From Octopus sinensis (lineage: Eukaryota), in contig NC_042997.1 in the NCBI RefSeq assembly GCF_006345805.1, positions 41,540,001 through 41,604,000 on the forward strand: a DNA stretch of 64,000 nucleotides, read 5' to 3'. The first letter of the stretch is position 1; each line of letters starts with the position of its first letter. The notes under the pieces were generated by a model. It was not told where the DNA came from. It was given only the letters and a program-made list of their open reading frames with translations, and ran no database searches. The position numbers and the translations under genes are program-made. Shown one piece after another: positions 50,221 to 63,510 of this stretch.

Positions 50221-50589
50221 TATATAGATGTCATTTTTAATTATATTACTTAAATTCCCTTCCATATATTAGGAGATAGTTTTATTAACTTTTATGAATT
50301 TTTTTTATTATTGTCTTCCATAGTATTTTAAAATTTTGACTTTGCCTTCCTACATCGAGACCCGACTATTTAACAAAACTTTTCTTTCACCTGATGACGT
50401 AGCTGAAGTTCTAAATTATTTTGAAAGGAATTTTAACATTTTACATTCATACAGACATGTAATTTATTCATTATTAGAGATAATAATATAAATTATTTCC
50501 ATGTTTCAAGAAACGAAACAATTTGTAGTGAATAAAGAATTTTCTTTCTGGTAAATAAATTTTCATCAAAATGTTATTTAGGACTTAAG

Positions 50590-50965
50590 ACTTCAACAGA
50601 GTCCCTTCATCTGCGATCTAGTGGGCTCTGAGGAAGTTAGAGGTAGATGGGTGGCTAGTGAAAGCCATACAATCCATGCACAGGGGATTTGTCAGCAAGG
50701 GGAAAGTTAATCATGAGTAGGGTACTGAATTTAGAGAGCAGGTACTTCACCGAGCTTCGGTTCTTGGTCTCCTGCTTACCATTGTCCTCTTGGCCATAAC
50801 AAGGAACTTACAAGTGACTCCTCTTGAGGACTTTTATATACGGATCACCTTCGTCTTATAATGGGATCTGTTTCAGAATTGGTAAAGAAATTTCAGGTGT
50901 GGAAGCAAATTTTGGGATCTAGAGGGTATGAAGTTAACCTAGCAAAGAATAAAGTTGTAATTACC
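50590..50965 (+). mobile_element. Degraded RTE-clade RT fragment
   Basis: WALRKLEVDGWLVKAIQSMH...KFQVWKQILGSRGYEVNLAKNKV. Confidence 0.7.
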
Positions 50966-52224
50966 AAGACAACGGATAGGACTCTCTCCCCACGAGGTGA
51001 ACTGCCCGAATGTACAAGGCGCAGTGTAATGACCATCGTTTTATCCGGCAACCCGGATGCTCTTTCTACTGTCCTCGAATGGCTTCAGAGTTGACAACAC
51101 CCATTAGATGATGCTCAGTCAAGCTGCTTTCCATCCAGATGCCCTCACATCTCAATCTGTCATCTTTAGCCGAAGAAAGACTTAGTCCAGTGGCGTGAGA
51201 TGGAGAGCAGAGAGGAATGTTTGGGCATATCTATGAAATGCAGGTGGACAGAGAGACATCCGATGGGCGCAGTCATCTTCTTTGATCAATTATCGAATGT
51301 GTAGGGTTTGCATCGCCAAATAACGTCCCCTCGTGGGGTCGAAGCCCTGGCTAGCAATATATTTAGAGAATGAATTACTGATGAATAAGACTATGAAGGT
51401 TATATTGTGTCACACCATACTGCACGGCACTACACCGAGTCACATCGCGGCACACCGCGTCTGCAAATGATGGATAATGCTGGAAAGATATGACGAAATA
51501 AACAGCAGTGTATTACACAATCCCCGCTGTATTAAAGTATCCGCTGTTTGTGACTCTCTCTCTCTCTCTCAGATGTCCGGGGGGACACCTTCCATGTGTG
51601 TGTGTGTGTGTGTCCCCGTCACCTATTCACCGTCTAACTCTATTCTATTTGTGGTACACAGCTGCTGAGTCATCTTTGGATTTTGTCTAAATAAAGGATC
51701 AGCCAAGAACTCGAAATTAAAATTCAATCGATAAGAAAACAACTTGAGGTGATGGAACTGATTTAACATTTATCATATATTTGCAGAGATTTGGCTGATC
51801 AGTAAAGTTATGTGGCTATTGTAGGTAAGCATACAACGAAAGAACAATAAGAAGCGTAAGTTTGAAACACAGCACAATTATCTGATGTAAAATTGAAGTA
51901 AATCAATTGAGGTTTGAAAATACACAAGCTCCGACTGTCAATGTTAGATATCTATCTAAAACTTGTAGACATTTTGTCGTATCATTTATCATTTTGTTGT
52001 ATCACTGTGCTCCGCTCCGAATTTGTTTTGCTATAACGTTCAGAAAATTGGTGATATTTTAAAGGAAATTTCCAGCTCATATCTTTTGTATTGAGTAGAT
52101 TAGGGTTACAGCGGATTCCGTTGTGATAAAAAAAAAAGGGTTTAATGGACACGCACACATACATGCTGACACGAGCTGACAGCAGGGAATCGACGCCTGT
52201 CTTTGTAATCCATCAATTTATAAT

Positions 52225-52440
52225 TCTTTCTATTATAGCTACAAGGCCTGAAATTTGGGTGGGAGGGGACTAGTCGATTACATCGACCCTAGTACTCAGC
52301 TGGTACTTAATTTATCAACCCCGAAAGGATGAAAGACAAAGTCGACCTCGGCAGAATTTGAACTTAGAACGTATCGACGGGCGAAATACCTCAAAGCATT
52401 TCGTCTAGCTTGCTAACGATTCTGCCAGCTTGCTGCCTTC
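52225..52440 (-). mobile_element. tRNA-derived SINE (third family), minus strand
   Basis: ccccgaaaggatgaaagacaaagtcgacctcggcagaatttgaac...gctaacgattctgccagcttgctgcctt; a related copy lies at 55640-55890. Confidence 0.75.
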
Positions 52441-54599
52441 CATCAACTCATAATGGATATGCAACAGTTAGCGTAAACGTAGCTGTTCCCCTCTAATAAA
52501 CTTCGAGAGATTTGCAGATAACCGCGTTTTTGCCAGCCGGATCGCGCACACAAAAAAGTAATGATAATAAACAGATGTCTGTAATGTACAGTGAAACTGG
52601 CGGATTATTATATTTATCGGACGATGACAACTCAAATATTTACGTTTTCTTCGGTCAAATTCAGTACGAAGGAGCAGACATCTGTTGGAGCACGTGAGAT
52701 TAACGGTTTTACAATACTTCTGGGACAAGGATAGCGGCAATTGGATCGAATGCAGACGGGGGCACACACAGAAGAACTGTCTTGGCGAAGCATTCCAGTT
52801 CAGTGGTAAGAGTGTTCGAAATTGAAGTGGGAGGCTGGAAAGAGAGATGAATGTGCAGACACATCTGTGAAATGAAGGTGGTCAGAGTAACATCCGATGG
52901 GTGCGGCCGGTTTCGTGGCCACTTTTCCTTGCTTAATAGCCAAGTGTGTCGAGTTTATTAGGGGACGGAGTCCGTTTCGGTAATTGAAGCATGTGAGGGT
53001 AGCAAAGGTTCAGGGTCGTCATCAATCGCTCGTCAAATAACGGCCTCTCATAGGAAGATCCTCCCTCTCTATCTCTATTCGTTGCCCAACAGTTCGCCGA
53101 CGGACACCTTCTGTGTATGTCCGTTTCTTATTCTACCTGCTAGCTGCTGAAACGTCCAATTACGGAAAATAAACGTCTGGTGGTGAGCGGGGAGACCACG
53201 TGAATTACCGCGTCCAGTGGCCGCCAGCATATCGGTATCTTCAACCATCCCCGGCTAATTGCGAAGACACAGACGTTGCGTGTGTATTCGTGTGTCCTGC
53301 AAACCACTTGAACAACAGTCAACCACTGATAATGTCCACTTGGTCGTCCGACGAAAATGTTAACCGCCAATCACGTGGTCACCCTTTCCTTCGTATAAAT
53401 TGAGTCGAAAATGATTGCTTGCATACCACAAAGACCCACAGTTTGAAGTGACGAACAGCAAGCATGCTGCCATCTGCTGGATATCATCTGGCAAACAACA
53501 GGGCTATGAAGATTTTGCTGCGCTTCTCCCCATTCCACCGCACAACACCGCATTACACCATGCTACATCGTGATCAACAAGCTGTATCACGTAACAGAGG
53601 AAGTCAAAGGGCGGAAAATACTTTCGTCCTTCGTATAAATGAAACCGAAATTCACGCGGTTGACTGTACATTCGTGACTAAAATGATGTCTGCATACGAC
53701 TGCATTTACTGTTTTGGTGTGATGTACTTAGTAGAGCAGCTATCCACTTTGATCCACACTAAGGGTTGCGATGTTACCTGGTGCACCGATTTTAGTTTTA
53801 TCCGACGACATGACTTCTACATTTTGCGCTGCTCACTAAAGTTATTGCCAAGGACCCAGATTCCGTCTGTCGCGCGATGACGAACTCTGCTCCTTTCACG
53901 CACGTTTCCAAATTGGTACATAACGACATTGATTCCGTTATGGAACATGCTTAACACAAAAGGGAAAGGGGCAAAGTAGAAGAGCCCCGTGTGAGGATTT
54001 GTCAAGCTGCTTTCCTTCGAGACGATCTCACATACATTTCTGTCACCTGCCACCAACCCCAATGAAAGGACACTTACAATCTTTATTAGAAGAATCTCAT
54101 GCTTTTGCATTTGTCTGCGAGGTTTTCTTACTGTTGGGGTCAGGCGAAAATGGCAACAAACCCAGATATGTCGACGGCAAGAATAATACATGGACATACA
54201 CATATGAGCTGGCTACCGGTGAACCAGACCCAAGCTTTTGGTACGCGGTGGAAAACATACATGACTGCCCAAATTTCAGCTGGACGTTGCATTATCCGGC
54301 ATGTGCAACGGTCTGCAGGACAGTTTGCCTTTATTTATTTCCTGATTGATTTTTATCTGTCCAGGAACGAAGGACGATGTTAATTGCCAGAGTGTGAGTC
54401 AGTGTAAGTGTTCAAGTACTCGTCGGTCACTCAGCAAAACCTCTGTCTCGACGAAATTCCTGGTCAGTGCTGAAGAAAGAGAAGACAAAATTGACGGAGG
54501 AGACTAAGATCGTTACAAGTGCTAAACCACACTGCATCGCTCTAAACTGTGTAACATCGTGCTACACGGCGCTGCACCACACCTCGAATGGCAGATCGT

Positions 54600-55570
54600 T
54601 TCTTATACAAAAAGAGACGCATTAAATGGCAGTGGAATGGCTTCTCTAGAAAGCACGTTCCAGCAAACAGCATTTCGAGTCGTGTGTAAGAGATCGCTTT
54701 TGTCTCGTTCTTTTCGAATGAGAGGGAAATAAAGAAATATTATCACCCAAGATGGTAAAGCTGTTTTTATATTTAGTGAGGATGAGAGAGAAATACGTTT
54801 AAACAGAGGAAACAGGGATTCAAGGTTTTGACAAATATAACAATTATTAAGAACCTTCTGGATGCTGTACAAAGGAACTCGTCTACGAACAAACGGTGGA
54901 TGTCAATACTCTGAAATTATTGAAATAACTCAAGAAGTTATCTACTTAAACAAGAAAATATTAAATGAAATCTCGGCAGGAACAAAAGGTTTATGTTTTC
55001 TGGGGTGAAGCTACACAAGATTCTGTGAATATATGTCATTCATCTGATAATGTAATCAAAGAATGTTTAATGGAAGTGTGTGATGTAGAACCTGCAATCG
55101 GCTGAGGGACAGAGGAAATGATCTTACTTTTATAGGTAAGACAGGACTAACCGATAAAAAACAAGCTGTCAGTTCTAAGATGGCGTTGCTAAAATGAATG
55201 GAGTTATTGAGGAGTTTCAGTTTCGAATTCTCCTTTCTACAATGTAAAATATTTGTATGTTCACTGACATTGACTCAACTTTCTGGCAGAAAATCCAGCC
55301 GTATCATATTGAATCACGAGTGTTTGGTAAATCTCGTCGCAATACTGCCAGGTCCCGCCTGACTTTTCTCAATTCCCTGGTAAACGAAATATACAGGGAA
55401 ACTACTGACCCGCAGCTCAGTATGATCCCTTTCTGTAAACATCTGTCTATATAATTCTTATTCAGCAGAATGTAGGAGGGTCGACTCAAACACAATGACA
55501 GAGTGAATCTTGCTCTTCACACCGAGCAAGAAGATGACTAAATAATTTGATAAACTCGGCCCTCTGCTCC
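54600..55570 (-). mobile_element. Heavily degraded CR1/L2-group LINE fragment
   Basis: LESLFPLFKRISLSSS...PSW...PLIRKERDKSD resembles the RT N-terminal LF..SL...LP..WK.A...PI.K.G.KSD motif. Confidence 0.45.
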
Positions 55571-55639
55571 TAGGCAGGTCTGTTAGGCTAATCTTTTCAA
55601 TCTCTACCGCTTCATTGAACTATTTCCTAATTTCTACCG

Positions 55640-55890
55640 TAAGCACGTGGAGGGCCATAATCGATTATATCGACACTGGAATGCGACCGAGGCGTTATTT
55701 TATGATCTGCAGATGGATGAAAGATGAAACAAATTTGAGCAGGTTTAAATTTAAAATATTATGTCAACACCGAAAAGATGAAAGCTGGAGATGACCTCGG
55801 CAGAATTTGAACTCAGAAAGTACAGACGGATCATATGCTGTTAAGCATTTTGTCCGGCGTGTTAACGACTCTGCCAGTTCACCGCCTTTC
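55640..55890 (-). mobile_element. SINE (third family), minus strand
   Basis: gatgacctcggcagaatttgaactcagaa...gttaacgactctgccagttcaccgcctt. Confidence 0.7.
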
Positions 55891-55959
55891 TGAGGTAATT
55901 AATTTTGTTAAATGTTTTCGCATCATAAAAAAAAATCTCGTTAGCGAGTTTGGTTGGCG

Positions 55960-56252
55960 CAAAATGAAAGAAGGAAACCAACACACAAGCAAAGAAAGAA
56001 AGAAAGGAAGGAAGGAAGGAAGAAAGAATGAAAGAAAGGCAGAAAGAAAGAAAGAAAGGAAGAAGGAAGGAAAGAAAGAAAGAAAGGAAGGAAGGAAGGA
56101 AGGAAGAAAGAAAGAATGAAAGAAAGAAAAAAAGAAAGACAGAAAGAAAGAAAGACAGGAAGAAAGAAAGAAAGAAAGAAAGAGAGAAAGAAAGCCTGAA
56201 AGAAGAAAAAAGAAAGAAAGAAAGAAGAATAAAGAAAGAAAGAATGAGGAAA

Positions 56253-56289
<37 letters not shown>

Positions 56290-56342
56290 CAGGAAGAAAG
56301 AAAGAAAGAAAGAAAGAGAGAAAGAAAGCCTGAAAGGAAGAC

Positions 56343-56377
<35 letters not shown>

Positions 56378-57130
56378 ATGGAGGAAAGGAAGAAAGTAAG
56401 AAAGAGAGAAAGAAAGAAAGAAAGACAGAAAGAAAGATAGAAAGAAAGACAGAAAGAAAGAAAGAAATGGAGAAGGAAAGGAGGAAAGAAAGAAAGAGAG
56501 AAAGAGGGAAAGAAAGGAAGGAAGAAGAAAGAGAGAAAGAAATAAACGAAGAAAGAAAGAAAGGAAGAAAGAAAGAAAGGAAGAAAGAAAGAAGAAAAAA
56601 GAAAGAAAGGGAGAAAGAAAGAAGGAAAGAAAGAGGGAAAGAAAGCAAGAGGGAAAGAAAGAAAGCAAGAAAGAAAGAAAGAAAGATAGAAAGAAAGATA
56701 GAAGAAAGAAAGAAAGAAAGGAGGATAAAAAGAAAGAGAGCAAGTAAGGAAGAAAGAAAGAAGAAGATGAGAAAGAAACAAAGTAAGAAAGAAAGAAAGG
56801 TGGAAAGAAAGAAAGGAAGAAAGAATGAAAGAAAGAAAGGTAGAAAGAAAGGTGGAAAGAAAAAACAATGAAAGAAAGAAGGAAAAAAGAAAGAAGGAAG
56901 GAAACAAAGAAGGAAAGTAAGAAAGAGAGAAAAAAGACAGAAAGAAAGAAAAAAAGAAAGAAAAAAGAAAGAAGAAAGAATGAAGGAAAGAAAGAAAGAG
57001 AGAAAGAAAGAAAGAAAGAAAGAAAGAAAGGAGGAAAGAAATAAAGGAAGAAAGAAATAAAGGAAGAAAGAAAGAAAGTGAGAAAGAAAGAAAGAGTGAC
57101 AGGAAGGAAGAAAGAAAGAACTAAAGGAAG
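55960..57130. repeat. (GAAA)n-dominated purine tract
   Basis: Direct reading. Confidence 0.95.
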
Positions 57131-58250
57131 AAAGAAGAAAGAAGGTGAAGTGATTCTGCAATGGAGGAGGAGGTGAGAGAGGGAGAAAGAGGAAGAAGGA
57201 GAGGAAGAGAGAAAGAGCGAAATAGAAGAAAACGTTTTGAGTAGAGAGGGAAAGTATGAGTTGAGAGACGAAGAGAAAAAGGCGAAGTGTTAATATATAG
57301 AGGGGGAAGAGAGAGAGAGGGAGAGAGAGAGAGAAGGAAAGAAAGAGAGAGAGAAATAGAAGTCAGAAAGGGAGTGATATATAAGATTTGTATAAAAGGG
57401 AAAGTATGAGGCAAGAGTGAAAGTAAAAGAGGAGGAGTGATAGGATATTATGTAATGCAGCGAAAGAGAGAGAGAGACAGAGACATAGAGAGAGAGAGAG
57501 ACTGATATATATGTTTGGTGAGTGAGGGAGAGGATGAGGTGAGTGATATTGCAAGGGAGGCGGAGTGGATAAAATAAATACATAATGAGTTGCTGAGAGG
57601 AAGGAGACAAAGAGGGAGAAGTGAGAGATAGAAAAGGTGAAAGAGAGGGACAGTGAGAACAAGTGAGAGGAAGCATATAATGAGGGGAGGGAGGGACAGA
57701 TAAAAGATAGATAGAGAGAGAGAGAGAGCAATAGAACTGGACGGCGAACGAATAAATATATTAATAGAGGAAAAGTAAGAGGTAATAAAGAAAGTAAAAG
57801 GGGCGGAGTCTTATTGGATTATATAATGAGGTGGGAGTGTTAGAGAGAGAGAAAGGGCGTTGTCTTAAGCGAGGGAGAGTGAGAGGTGAGGAATAATGAA
57901 GTGGGAGGAAACAAGACAGACAAACCAAGGGTAGTAACTCTTCTTGCATCCCTTTTTGCTTTCAACTGTATTACTTTCCGTTGTGTTAAATAAAATCTGT
58001 TTTACTGCGCAGACTCTGAAGATATCCAATTAGAATTCAATGTAAATAAGAGATCGAACTATTTAGAAAACATTATCAATAAATATCGAACACTTCTACA
58101 CATAACTGATTCGTTTTTCTTTTGACATTTAGAATTTCGCCTTTTACACTTCCGATTCTTACTCGTTAATTCACTCTTTTCTGCAATCTGCACAAAACCT
58201 CTGGAACTGCTTGGTATCACAGCCAAAGCTCACATAAGGAATGATAAACT
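57130..58250 (+). repeat. Dispersed repeat 'X', copy 3
   Basis: aataaatatattaatagagg..., aaataaaatctgttttactgcgcag and tcacagccaaagctcacataaggaatgataa match X1/X2/X4. Confidence 0.75.
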
Positions 58251-58861
58251 ATCAAGCTTCATTATTATTTTATAGACGCTACATCAAATATCCTTTTTTA
58301 TATGAAACAATATCGAAAATTCGAGGTCCGTTGGTTGATGTTTCTCGAAAGATGCGAGACATTATAGAAGTGAGTTTCTTTTATAAATTCGTCGTAACTG
58401 CCTTTCATTTATATAAAAAATGAAGGATATGAAGTCCCTTGTTTTGTGTTTGGGTCTGACTACAAATGCCTCTTGAAGTGCTTTTCAATTTTCTATCAAA
58501 AGCAACGCATATCTTCGTGTACTTGGTGGTTATTTCTAGCGTGATGTGAAATTATTTATAGGACAATTCTTTTTATAAATGTTTCATAAATTTTCAATCA
58601 CTGATTGAACTATTTGATTACTTCAATTATGAATTACACATTATTATGTAATTAATCATTAGTACACATGATTATTTGTTTCTCTACTCAACAGAAACTA
58701 GAAAAAAAATTAAGGCAAAGTTGAAAATATAATTTATTAGAAAGGAAGTTGCGCCTCATAAATAAAAAGAAAGGAAGATGGAAAAGGTAAGATATATTGA
58801 GGTGATGGAAGAAAGCGGAAGAGAAAGAAAGAAAGAACGAAAAAAAGAAAGAAAGAAGAGA

Positions 58862-58905
58862 GAGTGACACCTACGGAACCGACATTATCGTATAATGTGC
58901 AAAGT

Positions 58906-58947
<42 letters not shown>

Positions 58948-59018
58948 CAGACAGAAAGAGAGAGAGAAAAAGAAGGAGAGAGGTAGAAAGAGAGAGAGAA
59001 ACATAAAGCGAGAGAGAA

Positions 59019-59049
<31 letters not shown>

Positions 59050-59645
59050 TAGACTGAAAGAGAGAGAGAAAGAAGGAGAGAGATAGAAAGAGAGAGAGAA
59101 ACATAAAGAGAGAGAGAGAAAGAGAGAGACAGAGAGACAGACAGAAACAGAGAGTGACACCTACAGAACCGACATTAACGTATAATGTGCAAAGAAAGAG
59201 AGAGAGACAGACAGACAGACTGAAAGAGAGAGAGAAAGAAGGAGAGAGAAAGAGAGAGAGAGAAAGAGAGACAGACAGACAGAAAGAGAGAGAGAAAAAG
59301 AAGGAGAAGAGATATAATAAGAAGAGAAACATAAAGAGAGAGAGAAAGAGAGACAGAGAGACAGACAGAACATAGAGTGACACCTACAGACCGACATTAA
59401 CGTATAATGTGGCAAAAAAAGAGAGAGAGACAGACAGACAGACAGACTGAAAGAGAGAGAGAAAGAAGGAGAGAGAAAGAGACAGAGAAAGAGAGACAGA
59501 CAGACAGAAAGAGAGAGAGAAAAAGAAGGAGAGAGATAGAAATAGAGAGAGAAACATAAAGAGAGAGAGAGAAAGAGAGAGACAGAGACAGACAGAAAAA
59601 GAGAGTGACACCTACAGAACCGACATTAACGTATAATGTGCAAAA
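58862..59645. repeat. Four-copy compound minisatellite (~42-bp core plus GA/GACA linkers)
   Basis: gagtgacacctac.gaaccgacatta.cgtataatgtg at ~58862, 59152, 59375 and 59603. Confidence 0.9.
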
Positions 59646-59892
59646 AAAGAGAGAGAGACAGACAGACAGACAGACTAAAAGAGAGAGAGAAAGAAGGAGA
59701 GAGAAAGAGAGAGAGAGAAAGAGACAGACAGACAGACAGACAGAAGAGAGAGAAAGAGAGAGACAGAAAGAGAAAGAAAGAGACAGACAGACAGAAGAGA
59801 GAGAGAAGGAGAGAGATAGAAAGAGAGAGAGAACCAGAAAGAGAGAGAAAGAAAGAGAGAAACAGAAAGAGACAGAGCATGTGATAGATAGA

Positions 59893-59931
<39 letters not shown>

Positions 59932-60349
59932 AACAGAAAGAGACAAAAACAGGGAAAGAGAGAGAGTCAGATAGAAAGAGAGAAAGAAAGAGAGACAGAA
60001 AGAGAAAGACAGAATAAGAAAAACAGAAAGAGAAGGAGAAAAAGCGAAAAAGAAAGATATACAGAAAGAGAGAGAGAGAAAGAGAGAGATAGAAGAGATA
60101 GAGAAACAGAAAGAGAGAAACAAAAAGAGTGAGAAAGAGAGAGAGAGAAACAGAAAGAGAGACAGACAGACAGACAGACAGAGAGAGACTGATATATATT
60201 TGAATAAAGAGGAGAGAATGAGGTGAGTAATATAGAAAGGAAGGCGGAGGTGTGTTCAAAATGAATATATAATGAGAGGCTGAGAGAAAGGAGACAAAGA
60301 AGGAGAAGGTGATTGATGTGGTGTGGTAGACGAGAGAGAAAGGGAGGGA

Positions 60350-63300
60350 GAGAGAAAGAGAGCATGAGGTAAGAGAGAGGGAGAAGAGTGACGGAGTGAT
60401 ATAGAAAAATATATAGAGTAAGGGAATGGAGAGAGAGAGAAAGGAGGGCTGAGAGAGAGAGAGAGGAAGGGAGGGAGAGAGAAAGAGAGCATGAGGTAAG
60501 AGAGAGGAAGAAGAGTACGGAGTGAGTGATATAGAAAGATATATAGAGTAAGGGAGGGGGAGAGAGAGAGAAAGGAGGACTGAGAGAGAGAGAGAGGAAG
60601 GGAGGGAGAGAGAAAGAGAGCATGAGGCAAGAGAGAGAAAGAAGAGTGACGGAGTGATATAGAAAGATATATAGAGTAAGGGAGGGAGAGAGAGAGAAAG
60701 GAGGACGGAGAGAGAGAGGAAGGGAGGGAGAGAGAAAGAGAGCATGAGGTAAGAGAGAGAAAGAAGAGTGACGGAGTGATATATAAAGATATATAGAGTA
60801 AGGGGAGAGAGAGAGAAAGGAGGGGGAGAGAGAGAGAAAGGAGGACGGAGAGAGAGAGGAAGGGAGGGAGAGAGAAAGAGAGCATTGAGGTAAGAGAGAG
60901 GAAGAAGAGTGACGGAGTGATATAGAAAAATATATAGAGTAAGGGAATGGAGAGAGAGAGAAAGAGGGCTGAGAGAGAGAGAGAGGAAGGGAGGGAGAGA
61001 GAAAGAGAGCATGAGGTAAGAGAGAGGAAGAAGAGTGACGGAGTGATATAGAAAAATATATAGAGTAAGGGAGGGGGAGAGAGAGAAAGGAGGGCTGAGA
61101 GAGAGAGAGAGTAAGGGAGGGAGAGAGAAAGAGAGCATGAGGTAAGAGAGAGGAAGAAGAGTGACGGAGTATTGTATTGGCATCCTTTCTGTCTCGGGAG
61201 ACAATGGAGTTGCGCATTTTTTTTTATTTATTTATTTTTTTTTTAATATATTTTTTAAAATTTATTTATTTATTTTTTTTTTTTTTGATGGTCTAGTCCG
61301 GCTGTTATATTTTATTTCTTGTTACATTTCTTGCTGTGGCTGTGTAGTCCTATCCTGGACAAACACTCCCTCTGGCAGGTACTGCAAATGTAGCGAAGAC
61401 TGTTCCTGGCTGGTTGTAGTGCCATGGTCTCTTGTTTATGTCTCTTCCTTTCTTTCCATTTCTCCTCTCTCTCTCTGTCACTCCTCTGTATACCCTCTTT
61501 TACTGTACGTCGCCATTCTCCACGGTTGCCGGCGACTGCCTCCCAACCGCTAATGTTGATTTTGCAGGCCTTCATATCCCTTTTGCAAACATCCTTGTAA
61601 CGTAAGATCGGTCTACCCACAGACCTAGTACCCCTAGCAAGCTCTCCGTAGAGTATGACATGAGTGACGGAGTGATATAGAAAAATATATAGAGTAAGGG
61701 AATGGAGAGAGAGAGAAAGGAGGGCTGAGAGAGAGAGAGAAAGAGAGCATGAGGTAAGAGAGAGGAAGAAGAGTGACAGAGTGATATAGAAAAATATATA
61801 GAGTAAGGGAATGGAGAGAAAGAGAAATGAGGGCTGGGAGAGAGAGAGAAATGAGGGCTGGGAGAGAGAGAGAGGAAGGGAGGGAGAGAGAAAGAGAGCA
61901 TGAGGTAAGAGAGGGGAAGAAGAGTGACGGAGTGATATAGAAAAATATATAAAGGGAATGGAGAGAGAGAGAAATGAGGGCTGAGAGAGAGAGAGAGGAA
62001 GGGAGGGAGAGAGAAAGAGAGCATGAGGTAAGAGAGAGGAAGAAGAGTGACGGAGTGTTATAGAAAAATATATAGAGTAAGGGAGGGGGAGAGAGAGAAA
62101 GGAGGGCTGAGAGAGAGAGAGGAAGGGAGGGAGAGAGAAAGAGAGCATGAGGTAAGAGAGAGGAAGAAGAGTGACGGAGTGCTATAGAAAAATATACAGA
62201 GTAAGGGAATGGAGAGAGAGAGAAATGAGGGCTGAGAGAGAGAGAGGAAGGGAGGGAGAGAGAGAGAGAGCATGAGGTAAGAGAAAGAAAGTAGAGTGAC
62301 GGAGTGATATAGAAAAATATATAGAGTAAGGGAGGGGGAGAGAGAGAAAGGAGGGCTGAGAGAGAGAGAGAGGAAGGGAGGGAAAGAGAAAGAGAGCATG
62401 AGGTAAGAGAGAGGAAGAAGAGTGACGGAGTGATTGATGAAATCTATAAGAGTAAGGGAATGGAGAGAGAGAGAAATGAGGGCTGAGAGAGAGAGAGAGA
62501 GGAAGGGAGGGAGAGAGAAAGAGAGCATGAGGTAAGAGAGAGGAAGAAGAGTGACGGAGTGATATAGAAAAATATATACCGTAAGGGAATGGAGAGAGAG
62601 AGAAATGAGGGCTGAGAGAGAGAGAGAGGAAGGGAGGGAGAGAGAAAGAGAGCATGAGGTAAGAGAGAGGAAGAAGAGTGACGGAGTGATATAGAAAAAT
62701 ATATAGAGTAAGGGGGAGGGGGAAAGAGAGAAAGGAGGGCTGAGAGAGAGAGAGAGGAAGGGAGGGAGAGAGAAAGAGAGCATGAGGTAAGAGAGAGAAA
62801 GTAGAGTGACGGAGTGATATAGAAAAATATATAGAGTAGGGAGGGGGAGAGAGAGAAATGAGGGCTGGGAGAGAGAGAGAGGAAGAGAGGGAGAGAGAAA
62901 GAGAGCATGAGGTAAGAGAGAGAAAGAAGAGTGACGGAGTGATATAGAAAAATATACAGAGTAAGGGAATGGAGAGAGAGAGAAATGAGGGCTGAGAGAG
63001 AGAGAGAGGAAGGGAGGGAGAGAGAAAGAGAGCATGAGGTAAGAGAGAGGAAGAAGAGTGACGGAGTGATATAGAAAAATATATAGAGTAAGGGAATGGA
63101 GAGAGAGAGAAAGGAGGGTTGAGAGAGAGAGAGAGGGAGGGAGGGAGAGAGAAAGAGAGCATGAGGTAAGAGAGAGGAAGAAGAGTGACGGAGTGATATA
63201 GAAAGATGTATAGAGTAAGGGAATGGAGAGAGAGAGAAAGGAGGGCTGAGAGAGAGAGAGAGGAAGGGAGGGAGAGCGAAAGAGAGCATGAGGTAAGAGA

Positions 63301-63510
63301 GAGGAAGAAGAGTGACGGAGTGATATAGAAAAATATATAGAGTAAGGGAATGGAGAGAGAGAGAAAGGAGGGCTGAGAGAGAGAGAGAGGAAGGGAGGGA
63401 GAGAGAAAGAGAGCATGAGGTAAGAGAGAGGAAGAAGAGTGACGGAGTGATATAGAAAGATGTATAGAGTAAGGGAATGGAGAGAGAGAGAAAGGAGGGC
63501 TGAGAGAGAG
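60350..63510. repeat. ~127-bp minisatellite, about 21 units, embedded in repeat X copy 4
   Basis: The marker gcat(t)gagg occurs 21 times (60362 to 63413), mostly 122-131 bp apart; unit gagagcatgaggtaagagagaggaagaagagtgacggagtgatatagaaaaatatatagagtaaggg... Confidence 0.95.
61171..61661 (-). mobile_element. 5'-truncated RTE (BovB-like) LINE with a 12-bp target-site duplication
   Basis: ILYGELARGTRSVGRPILRYKDVCKRDMK...YICSTCQRECLSRIGLHSHSKKC*; 3' UTR ...ccattgtctcccgagacagaaaggatgccaatacaat; GAGTGACGGAGT at 61159-61170 and 61662-61673. Confidence 0.92.

Noticed and set aside
50391-50430. CTGATGA...GAAA possible hammerhead
   Set aside because: No convincing stems II/III or cleavage triplet.
53660-54200. 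THAP-like VCRHHF and piggyBac-like TVRKPRR peptides on the minus strand
   Set aside because: Isolated short matches in different, stop-ridden frames; not enough to name a transposase.
58862-59645. CRISPR-like look (constant repeat with variable spacers); likewise the 127-bp array
   Set aside because: Spacers are long, low-complexity and mutually similar; no cas genes; eukaryotic intron/TE context.
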